A stretch of DNA of 24,000 bases. Origin: Cyanobacteria bacterium UBA999. GTDB taxonomy: Bacteria; Cyanobacteriota; Cyanobacteriia; Pseudanabaenales; Pseudanabaenaceae. Location of the stretch: NCBI GenBank assembly GCA_002291895.1, contig DBAX01000009.1, positions 3,854 through 27,853 of the forward strand, read 5' to 3'. A program made the translations under genes and the position numbers. The notes under the pieces are model-generated. The model saw only the letters and a program-made list of their open reading frames with translations, did no database searches and was not told the DNA's origin. Of the stretch, positions 14,007 through 21,806 are shown one piece after another; positions within the stretch are counted from its first letter, which is position 1; every line of letters begins with the position of its first letter.

Positions 14007-16367
14007 CTAAGGGGCTTCAGTGTCGTAGGCGTCATCATCCCCCCCGTAGGATCCATCGGCGATGGCACTCCTGGGGTCGGCATCCATAGAATCCCTTTGA
14101 TCGTTTTGATCGTTAGGTGGTTCGTTGGAATCGATGGACACTGCGTCAACCTCCTCCCCTTCGGCAGTAGGCACGGCCACGACGGCTTCCAGATCCACCT
14201 GCTGGCGGTAGTAGTCCACTCCACGCACCTGCACCTCGACGCGATCGCCCAAGCGAAACTGCCGCCCACTGCGACGACCCACCAGAGCCGAAGCCTGCCG
14301 CCCCTTGCCCCGTCCCCCGGTTTGGGGAAATTCGTACCAGTCATCCTTTAACGAGCTGACGTGCACCAGTCCCTCTACTAGCAGTTCTTCTAATTCCACA
14401 AAAAATCCGTAGGTCTGCACCGAGGTGATCATGCCGAAGAAGTGTTCCCCAGTGCGCGATCGCATGATTTCGGTTTTGCGCAACCCCTCCAAGTCTGCCA
14501 TGGCCCGAAAGTAGAGCGCCTCCTGCTGGGTGAGCCGGGGCAGCACTTCCGCTAGATCCTCCTGCAGTTGCTTTTCCCGCTCCGGTGGCAACACCCCCCA
14601 ACTGATCTGGCCGTGGCATTCCGAGCTACGCAGATTCACCGAGGCTTTGCTCCGCTGCGTTTTGCGATCGCGCCCCTCAGCGAACACCCAATGCCAAACC
14701 CGCTGCATCAACAGATCGCCGTAGCGATGCTGGGGCAAAATGCCATGGGTATAGGGCATCAAACCCAGACCGAAATGGGGCTCCGCTGTGCTGCGATACT
14801 CGCAGGATTTGAGCATCGCCATCAGCAGGTAGCGCAAAATATCCCGTCCCGCAGCCGACTCAAGCTGCTGCACCTGCCCCAGGAGTTTCTGCCAATGGTG
14901 GGGTTGGCAGGAGTCATCATCGCCCAGCTCTAGGGGCATGCCTAAACTTTCTAGCAGCCGGAGCCAGTCCTCCTGCTTGCCCGACTCGGGAGGAGCCTGG
15001 GAAACAAAGAGCCCCGGCAGACCCAATTGCTGCCAGTGCTGGGCGATCGCCCAATTGGCCAAGATCATGACATCCGCCACCGCACCGCAGATGGGCATGG
15101 ATGTTCCCGACACGGCCATCCCCCACACCCCCTCATCCCCCTCAAAGGGCAACGGCAAAGATAGATCGATGCTCGGCATCGGCCGTTGCTGCCGCAGGAG
15201 CATCCCAACTTCATGGAGGCGATGCAAAAAGTGCTGCACCTCATCCCGCTCGGTAGCCGCCAAGGACTCGGCAAAAATCTCCTGGGCCCGCCGTGGTTCC
15301 AAGTGCGATCGCAGCTGAATCACCGACGGCTGGAGTTCGTAGCTCAGCAGTTTTCCCGTCCCATCCAACTGCATCAGCACCGAGACCGTAAGAAACTCCG
15401 GCTGGTTAAACCCATTGAGTTCCGGCAGCATCGACAGCACCGTATCGCCCAGGAAAAACGACCGCAAGCGCCGTCGCGCCTCTCCATCGAGGGGAGCGTC
15501 GGGCACGACGTAGGTCGCCACATCGGGAATGTGCACTCCCAGATTCCAACCCAGCTCCGTCGGCTCTAGGGACATTGCCGCCCCCTGACCAATCCGCACC
15601 GTGCATTCCTTTTTGAGATCCAACCGGCTCTTGAGATCCGCCTTCCGCACCTTCGTGGGCAAACTGGCCGCCGCCGCCAACTCCTTAGCCCCAAATTGGC
15701 GGGGCAAATTGTACTTGCAGCACACCAAATCCAAGTCGTTGGTAGTTTCGGGACTGTCCCCCAAAACCTGCAAGATCTCAGCCATCGGTAAAGCACTTCC
15801 CAGGGGGTACCGGCTCACCCGCAGGTGTACCAACTTACCTGCCGCCACCGCCAGATCGGGCACGATGTCGTTAGGAACCAACTCCAGCTCAAACAGCAGA
15901 CGATCATCCAATGGGATCGCCCGGTAGCCCTCCTCCCGCGCCTCAACGCGAGACAGCAGCGTCGTGTTTGTGCGCTCCAAAATCAGCCGCACCTCCCCCT
16001 CGGGCGATCGCCGCCGGCCGCCATCCTTGAGCACCTTAACCAGCACCAAATCCCCATTCCAGGCCGTACTCAGACGACTGCTGGGAACGTAGACATCTTC
16101 CACCCCTTCCCCTTCCTGAATGGCAAAGCAAAAACCCTTACTGGAACAGCGTAGCCGCCCCTCAACCACGCCTTCTTCTGCGATCCGGCGATAGCGCCCC
16201 AAATCCTTGGTTAAAATTCCCAGCCGCTCCAGGGCATCCAGCGCCACCTGCATCCGGCGCACCTCCGCCGGCCGGTCTGAAATCCCCAAACGCTTTTCGA
16301 TCACCTTTGGGGCTACCAGCTTGTCGTCGCTAAAGCTATCCAAAAGTTGTGTGATCGAAAATTCCAT
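14007..16367 (-). CDS. RNase II/R-family (RNB + C-terminal S1 domain) protein with degenerate catalytic motifs
   Basis: The overall VacB/RNase R architecture is present. RNB-region landmarks are WNLGVHIPDVATYV, LSMLPE, DVMILANWAIA and HFGLGLMPYTH. The S1 domain is GEHFFGMITSVQTYGFFVELEELLVEGLVHVSSL. ATG 16367 (MEFSITQLL...) is preferred over the TTG at 16394. Confidence 0.85.
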   Translation of the reverse strand: MEFSITQLLDSFSDDKLVAPKVIEKRLGISDRPAEVRRMQVALDALERLGILTKDLGRYRRIAEEGVVEGRLRCSSKGFCFAIQEGEGVEDVYVPSSRLSTAWNGDLVLVKVLKDGGRRRSPEGEVRLILERTNTTLLSRVEAREEGYRAIPLDDRLLFELELVPNDIVPDLAVAAGKLVHLRVSRYPLGSALPMAEILQVLGDSPETTNDLDLVCCKYNLPRQFGAKELAAAASLPTKVRKADLKSRLDLKKECTVRIGQGAAMSLEPTELGWNLGVHIPDVATYVVPDAPLDGEARRRLRSFFLGDTVLSMLPELNGFNQPEFLTVSVLMQLDGTGKLLSYELQPSVIQLRSHLEPRRAQEIFAESLAATERDEVQHFLHRLHEVGMLLRQQRPMPSIDLSLPLPFEGDEGVWGMAVSGTSMPICGAVADVMILANWAIAQHWQQLGLPGLFVSQAPPESGKQEDWLRLLESLGMPLELGDDDSCQPHHWQKLLGQVQQLESAAGRDILRYLLMAMLKSCEYRSTAEPHFGLGLMPYTHGILPQHRYGDLLMQRVWHWVFAEGRDRKTQRSKASVNLRSSECHGQISWGVLPPEREKQLQEDLAEVLPRLTQQEALYFRAMADLEGLRKTEIMRSRTGEHFFGMITSVQTYGFFVELEELLVEGLVHVSSLKDDWYEFPQTGGRGKGRQASALVGRRSGRQFRLGDRVEVQVRGVDYYRQQVDLEAVVAVPTAEGEEVDAVSIDSNEPPNDQNDQRDSMDADPRSAIADGSYGGDDDAYDTEAP

Positions 16368-16868
16368 AACATTTAGTTCCCTGTAGTCATTCAATCTTAC
16401 CGCAAGCAGGAATCATTCAGCCCCTTGGCAGATGCGACACGGACAGGAAGCATCATCCGCACTGCAACCACAAAGCCGCTTGTATTGACCGATACATCAC
16501 CCCGCCCCGATTTCCCTCAGAAATTGCCATTAGCAGCAAAGTGTAGTACATATCTTTATAGTTTTCTTTTTGCCCCTGTCGCCATTGCTCCAGATTTCGC
16601 TCTTCTTGGTCACCTTCCCCGGCTGAATTGCATGGTGCTGTTTACGGTCCTCAATTAGCCTACTGGTGTGACGCAGCTAAGAAGCAGTTGAGAGAGGAGC
16701 CGTTCCTGAGGTGGCATGTTCCAGTGCGTCTCCATCAAATGTGGAGGTTTCTGGACATTCTTAGCGAAATTGCTAAGATAGTTCGGGGATTCGTGGGCAT
16801 CCTGAGCCAAAATGCAGGAGAGCAAGTACGAATTTTTGACGAATTGTTGTCAGTGTGAGGACTATTTC
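16368..16868. promoter_or_regulatory. Divergent intergenic/promoter region between the RNase II-like operon and the porin gene
   Basis: A 501-nt non-coding gap that is more AT-rich than its flanks and has no HIP1. Candidate plus-strand elements are TTGCCA (16524-16529), a 17-nt spacer, then TACATA (16547-16552), and also TTGACG (16836-16841). None is decisive. Confidence 0.4.
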
Positions 16869-18521
16869 ATGACTACGCCAATGTTCCGCTCCATCTATCG
16901 CGCAGGCTGCATGTCTGCACTGCTGTCGACCAGCTTGTTGGTTTCCACCTCTGCCAAAGCAGAAACCGAATCCAGCGTCATTCGCACCATGAGCGTTGAC
17001 CCCATTGCTCGCCCCATCACCACTGCCCAAAACAATGTCACTTCCGTCTCTCAGTTGAGTGATGTTCGCCCCACCGATTGGGCTTTCACCGCATTGCAAT
17101 CCTTGGTTGAGCGCTACGGTTGTATCGCTGGTTACCCTGACCGCACCTACCGCGGTCAACGGGCTATGACCCGCTTTGAGTTTGCCGCTGGTTTGAATGC
17201 TTGCTTAGACAAGATCAACGAAATCATCTCCGCTGGCTTGGCTGACAAGGTGAGCACTGAAGATTTGGCTGCTCTGCAACGCTTGCAAGAGGAATTCGCT
17301 GCTGAACTTGCTACCCTCCGTGGTCGCGTTGATGCCCTCGAAGCCCGCACCACCCGCCTGGAAGCCCAGCAATTCTCCACCACCACCAAGCTGAACGCTT
17401 CGGTGATTTTCGCGGTGTCTGGCGCTTCTGATGATCGCACCAGCTTCACTCCCAACGCCACGAACAATGGTGTTACTGCCAACACCACTGGCGATCGCAC
17501 CAACATTACTTTTTCTAACCGTACCCGCTTGAACTTTGACACCAGCTTTACCGGTCGTGATCGCTTGCGCACGCGGTTGGAAGCTGGCAATATTCCTAAC
17601 AATACCGCTGCCCTTGGCACTGGCAACTCTGGACGTTTGGGCTTTGAAGCAGATACGGGCAACAACTTTACCTTGGGTCGCTTGTTCTATCAGTTCCCTG
17701 TGGGCAATGCCGTGACCGTTTACATTGCTCCCCTCGGCAACACTGATGATGTGCTGTCCCGGATCAACGCTGTGGAAAGCGAAGAGCAAGCCACGGTTTC
17801 CCGCTTCGCCCGTTACAACCCCATCTTGCGTTTGTCCCAAGTTCAGCCCTTCGCTGTATTCGGTGCTCGGATTCAGCTTAGCCCCCAAGGTCGCTTGGAG
17901 TTGGCCTACGGCTCCGGTGATGCTGCTCAGCCCGGTGTAGATTCCCCTACTGGTGGTGGTTTGTTCGGTGACTCCCATGTGCTGGCTGCCCAGTTGGTGT
18001 GGGAACCCTCCCGTAATTTCACCCTTGGCATTAGCTACGCCAATGCTTACAACCCCCGCAACAGCCTGGCAACTGGCTTTGCTCAGGAAAACATTCGTAC
18101 CAGCAATGGTGTTGCTGTGGCTGATGTTCGTTCCAATACGGTTGCTGGCAACTTGGTTTGGGGTATTACTCCCAACATTGACTTGAGCGTGTGGGGTGCC
18201 TTTATCTTCGCTGAAGCTGGTAACCTGAATGCTTCTACCACGTTCACTTCTTGGATGGCAGCCCTTTCCTTTAAGGATCTGTTCTCCCGCAGCGACCTGG
18301 CTGGCATCATCTTTGGTCAGCCCCTCTTCCGTAGCTCCGTGAGTGGCAACGCCACCAACGCGGGTGAATCGACTCCTTACCACTTGGAGTTCTTCTACAA
18401 CTACCGCATTTCCCGGAACATCTCGATCACCCCGGCGGTGTTCTTTGTATTCAACCCCAATAGCTTGTCGGTTAACGGCACCACCACCGTCGGTGTGCTG
18501 CGTACCACTTTTACGTTCTAA
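16869..18521 (+). CDS. Outer-membrane porin, SLH domain + OprB-type beta-barrel (cyanobacterial Slr1841-like)
   Basis: It has a signal-peptide-like N-terminus ...CMSALLSTSLLVSTSAKAE. The SLH motif is SQLSDVRPTDWAFTALQSLVERYGCIAGYPDRTYRGQRAMTRFEFA. A coiled-coil linker follows, then alternating beta-strand sequence ending in the aromatic terminus TTFTF. An alternative start is ATG 16881. Confidence 0.85.
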   Translation: MTTPMFRSIYRAGCMSALLSTSLLVSTSAKAETESSVIRTMSVDPIARPITTAQNNVTSVSQLSDVRPTDWAFTALQSLVERYGCIAGYPDRTYRGQRAMTRFEFAAGLNACLDKINEIISAGLADKVSTEDLAALQRLQEEFAAELATLRGRVDALEARTTRLEAQQFSTTTKLNASVIFAVSGASDDRTSFTPNATNNGVTANTTGDRTNITFSNRTRLNFDTSFTGRDRLRTRLEAGNIPNNTAALGTGNSGRLGFEADTGNNFTLGRLFYQFPVGNAVTVYIAPLGNTDDVLSRINAVESEEQATVSRFARYNPILRLSQVQPFAVFGARIQLSPQGRLELAYGSGDAAQPGVDSPTGGGLFGDSHVLAAQLVWEPSRNFTLGISYANAYNPRNSLATGFAQENIRTSNGVAVADVRSNTVAGNLVWGITPNIDLSVWGAFIFAEAGNLNASTTFTSWMAALSFKDLFSRSDLAGIIFGQPLFRSSVSGNATNAGESTPYHLEFFYNYRISRNISITPAVFFVFNPNSLSVNGTTTVGVLRTTFTF

Positions 18522-18557
18522 GCCTACTTTTTTTCGGTAAAGCTTAATATTGACTTC

Positions 18558-18584
18558 GGGGACATCGCAAGATGTCCCTTTTTT
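18558..18584 (+). terminator. Rho-independent terminator of the porin gene
   Basis: An 8-bp stem GGGACATC/GATGTCCC (18559-18566 / 18571-18578) closes a GCAA tetraloop and is followed by T6 (18579-18584). Confidence 0.8.
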
Positions 18585-18623
18585 GCGCTTAGAATAAGAA
18601 ACACGCAAAAGGAAAGGTGGCGT

Positions 18624-19388
18624 ATGGACGTGATCCCAGCAATTGATATCCTCGATGGGCGGTGTGTGCGCCTGTATCAGGGAGATTATGAGCAGTCGGA
18701 GGTGTACGGGGAAGATCCCTTGGCGATCGCTCAGCACTGGTACTCCCAGGGAGCCAAGGTGCTCCATGTGGTGGATCTTGACGGTGCCCGCGCTGGTAAG
18801 CCCCAGAATTTGCAAATTATCGAGGCCATTGCCCGCTCGATCCCCATCCACGTACAGGTAGGCGGTGGTCTGCGCGATCGCAACAGCATTATGGCGGTTC
18901 TGGCCACTGGGGTTAGCCGGGTCATTTTGGGCACCATCGCCGTGGAGCAGCCCCAGTTGGTGGCGGATATTTGTGCTGAGTTTCCGGGGCAAATTTTGGT
19001 GGGGATCGATGCCCGCGATGGCAAGGTGGCGACCCGGGGTTGGCTTAATACGTCCGAGATCCAGGCTACGGAATTGGCTCAGAGGGTCACCGGGGTGGGT
19101 GTTTCTGGAATTGTGTATACGGATATTCAGCGGGATGGCACCTTAGAGGGGGCAAACATCGCAGCTTTGAAAACTATGCTGGCTACGGTGTCGGTGCCGG
19201 TCTATGCCTCGGGGGGCATTAGCTCGATTACGGATTTGCTGGAGCTGCTGACCCTAGAGACCCAGGGTCTAGCCGGAGCAATTTTGGGGCGATCGCTCTA
19301 TACGGGACACATTCACCTACCGGAGGCCTTTCGGGCCGTGGGGCAGGGGCGCTGGCAGAATGTCCCTACAGACACTGCCGTGGTCTAG
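18624..19388 (+). CDS. hisA: ProFAR isomerase (histidine biosynthesis)
   Basis: 254 aa. [22 protein letters not shown]..., VVDLDGA, GGGLR and ASGGIS are classic HisA motifs. An AAGGAAAGG RBS lies upstream of ATG 18624. Confidence 0.93.
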   Translation: MDVIPAIDILDGRCVRLYQGDYEQSEVYGEDPLAIAQHWYSQGAKVLHVVDLDGARAGKPQNLQIIEAIARSIPIHVQVGGGLRDRNSIMAVLATGVSRVILGTIAVEQPQLVADICAEFPGQILVGIDARDGKVATRGWLNTSEIQATELAQRVTGVGVSGIVYTDIQRDGTLEGANIAALKTMLATVSVPVYASGGISSITDLLELLTLETQGLAGAILGRSLYTGHIHLPEAFRAVGQGRWQNVPTDTAVV

Positions 19389-19398
19389 CTCCTACTAA

Positions 19399-20424
19399 TT
19401 AGTAGCGAATGCGGGGATCGATCAGGGCATTGACGACATCAATGAGAATGCTGACCGCCATCACGATCGCACCGAAAAACAGCGTTAGTCCCTGGACGAC
19501 GGGATAATCCCGAGCGGTGATTGCTTCAAACAGGCGGTTGGCCAGCCCAGGAAAGGAAAAGGTGACCTCGGTGAGGATCGCTCCTCCGAGCAGGGCTGCC
19601 GCCGTGAGTCCCAAAATGGTGACGAGGGGAATGAGGGTATTGCGCAGGGCGTGATTGAAGAAAATGCGCCGCGGCGTGATGTTGCGGGCGATCGCCGCTT
19701 CCACATAATCCGATTGCAGGGTTTCCCGCAATTGAATGCGCGTGATGCGCTCAAATATGCCACTGACCACCAACCCCAGGGTGACGGCGGGCAGAAATAG
19801 GTAATGGATGCTCGTACTCCAGCCCCCCCAATCACCTTGCAGCAGAGCATCGAGGGTGTAAAGCCCGGTTATGGGACTCGGTGGTGCTTGCGTCACCGGA
19901 AACCGTCCCCCAATGGGGAACCAACCCAAATGGACGGCAAAAACCAGCTGTACCACCATCCCCACCCAAAATAGGGGCAATGCATAGGTAATAATGCCAA
20001 ACAGACGCCCAAAGGCATCCCAGAGGGTATTGGGTCGGAGCGCGGCGATCGCCCCAACGGAGACTCCAAGGAGAAGGGCAATGAGGAGGCTGTAGAGTCC
20101 TAGTTCTGCCGTAGCCGGAAAAAACCGCTGAATCAAATCCCCCACGTGCTCCCCCCGGGTACTGAGGGAGGTGCCCAAATCCCCACGGCATAGTTCCCCC
20201 AAGTAGCGGACGTACTGCTGCCACCACGGGCCGGTCAGCCCCAATTGCGATCGCACGGCATCCTTCACCGCTTCGGGGGCCCGCCCGCCTAAAATGGCAT
20301 CGACGGGGTCGCCGGGGGTAAGGCGCAGCAGCAGAAAGACCATTGTGGCGATCGCCCATAGCATTACCGGGGCTAGGGCCAGCCGCAGGGCAACGTAGAC
20401 CAGAAGGGCATTAAGACGACCCAT
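19399..20424 (-). CDS. ABC transporter permease, DppB/OppB (peptide/nickel) family
   Basis: From ATG 20424 the protein reads MGRLNALLVYVALRLALAPVMLWAIATMVFLLLRLTPGDP. The EAA-type loop is DYVEAAIARNITPRRIFFNHALRN. The longer ORF from 20616 adds a Cys/Trp-rich junk N-terminus. Confidence 0.88.
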   Translation of the reverse strand: MGRLNALLVYVALRLALAPVMLWAIATMVFLLLRLTPGDPVDAILGGRAPEAVKDAVRSQLGLTGPWWQQYVRYLGELCRGDLGTSLSTRGEHVGDLIQRFFPATAELGLYSLLIALLLGVSVGAIAALRPNTLWDAFGRLFGIITYALPLFWVGMVVQLVFAVHLGWFPIGGRFPVTQAPPSPITGLYTLDALLQGDWGGWSTSIHYLFLPAVTLGLVVSGIFERITRIQLRETLQSDYVEAAIARNITPRRIFFNHALRNTLIPLVTILGLTAAALLGGAILTEVTFSFPGLANRLFEAITARDYPVVQGLTLFFGAIVMAVSILIDVVNALIDPRIRY

Positions 20425-21775
20425 GGCTTTGGTCATCGTTATTATTGACAGTGGCTGGATTGACATTGGCTGGAAGGGCAAAACTTGCCACCATTGCCAC
20501 AGTGAACCACCACAGCAACTGCACTTGGGGACGGTACCAAATCGTATCGACGAGACCGTGGGTGAGCATGCCCAACAGCGCGGCGATCGCCCCCAAGAGC
20601 CACAGCCCGTCGGCATCCATTGCCAGACGGTAGTGCTGCACCCGCTGCCATGCTAGCCAAAGGACGGTGCCCACTAGCCCCGAATAGCACACCAAGCCCA
20701 GAATTCCGGTTTCCACGGCCAGCTCTAGGGGTACGGAATAGGCCCCGAGGGCGCTGAATCCTGAGCGCTGAAATAGGGGATAGATTTGATTGAATGCCCG
20801 ATTGCCTGGCCCGATGCCGAGCAGGGGACGGGCTTGGATCATCCGCAGCACGGCTCCCCAAACGCTGACCCGAAAGTTATTGCTGCTGTCGCCCGTACCC
20901 AAAAAAATACTTTCCAACCGCTGCCGAATTGGGGCTACCACAACCGCTGCAAGGAGAATGGCACCCATGGAGCCGCCCCAAAAGGCGGGAACAATCCAAC
21001 CCGGCAATCGCTTGCCATACCACCACACGCCCAGCAACACGCAGGAAGCGAGGGTTACGGCGATCGCCAGCAGTCCACCCCGACTGAAGGTTTGGGTAAT
21101 CACAAAAACACTGCTCAGGGCAACGATCCCTGCCCCAAAACGCAGAGACCAGCGCCGCCAAATGCCCACAGCGGCGATCGCTAGGGGCACGGAAGGCACC
21201 AGGTAGCCAGCCAGAAGGTTAGGATTCCCTAAAAAGCTGTATACCCGGGTGATCCCGGCTAGGGTGGATGTGGGATCGGTCCAAGTGGCCAGCTCCTGGG
21301 CACCCAGGACAAACTGCTGCACTCCGTAGGCGTTGACCCAGAGGGTGGAGACCAGATAGGCCCCCACCAAGCGCGATCGCCAGCCCGCCGCCACCAAAAC
21401 CTGGTGAAAGGCCGCAAAACTGAGAAAGTAGAGGGTTAGCTTGATCCAACCATCTAGGGCTGCCGCCCACACCGGCGACAGAAGGGTAGCAACGGTAGCT
21501 AACACCCAGTAGAGCATTAGGGGCACATGGATCGGCGTCCAGGCCGGACGATCCCCCAGCCACCGCATGCCCCACGTCAGCACAATGGCGATCGTCACCA
21601 CGCCAATTTGGGCACTTTCTAGGAACGGCAGCAGAAACAGCAGCCCCGTAAGCAAGCTGCCAAGCACAGATACGGAGCTAAGAAATTGGGATCCCGCTGT
21701 CCATGGGGCAAAGGGCAGGCGGAGCCACTGAGTTAGCCGTAGGGATGCCTGTCCCAGGTTTGGTATTCTGCCCAT
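20411..21775 (-). CDS. ictB: IctB-family O-antigen-ligase-like polytopic membrane protein
   Basis: ELATWTDPTS...RVYSFLGNPNLLAGYLVP, TGDSSNNFRVSVWGAVLRMIQARPLLGIGPGNRAFNQIYPL and THGLVDTIWYRPQVQLLWW closely resemble my recollection of Synechococcus elongatus IctB. ATG 21775 is preferred over TTG 21784. Confidence 0.75.
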   Translation of the reverse strand: MGRIPNLGQASLRLTQWLRLPFAPWTAGSQFLSSVSVLGSLLTGLLFLLPFLESAQIGVVTIAIVLTWGMRWLGDRPAWTPIHVPLMLYWVLATVATLLSPVWAAALDGWIKLTLYFLSFAAFHQVLVAAGWRSRLVGAYLVSTLWVNAYGVQQFVLGAQELATWTDPTSTLAGITRVYSFLGNPNLLAGYLVPSVPLAIAAVGIWRRWSLRFGAGIVALSSVFVITQTFSRGGLLAIAVTLASCVLLGVWWYGKRLPGWIVPAFWGGSMGAILLAAVVVAPIRQRLESIFLGTGDSSNNFRVSVWGAVLRMIQARPLLGIGPGNRAFNQIYPLFQRSGFSALGAYSVPLELAVETGILGLVCYSGLVGTVLWLAWQRVQHYRLAMDADGLWLLGAIAALLGMLTHGLVDTIWYRPQVQLLWWFTVAMVASFALPANVNPATVNNNDDQSHGSS

Positions 21776-21806
21776 AACCCCCAATCATTGCGCTACGAGC
21801 CATAGT

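Noticed and set aside
16425-16858. Two small ORFs (77 and 76 aa) in the large intergenic region
   Set aside because: One has a TTG start, neither has an RBS or a recognisable motif, and they overlap each other. They are treated as non-coding pending transcript or conservation data.
17205-18992. A 595-aa minus-strand ORF, the second-longest minus-strand ORF in this part of the window
   Set aside because: It runs antisense through the porin gene, across the porin terminator and into hisA, both of which have strong family signatures. Its product has no recognisable motif. It is most likely a stop-free antisense frame of a biased-composition gene.
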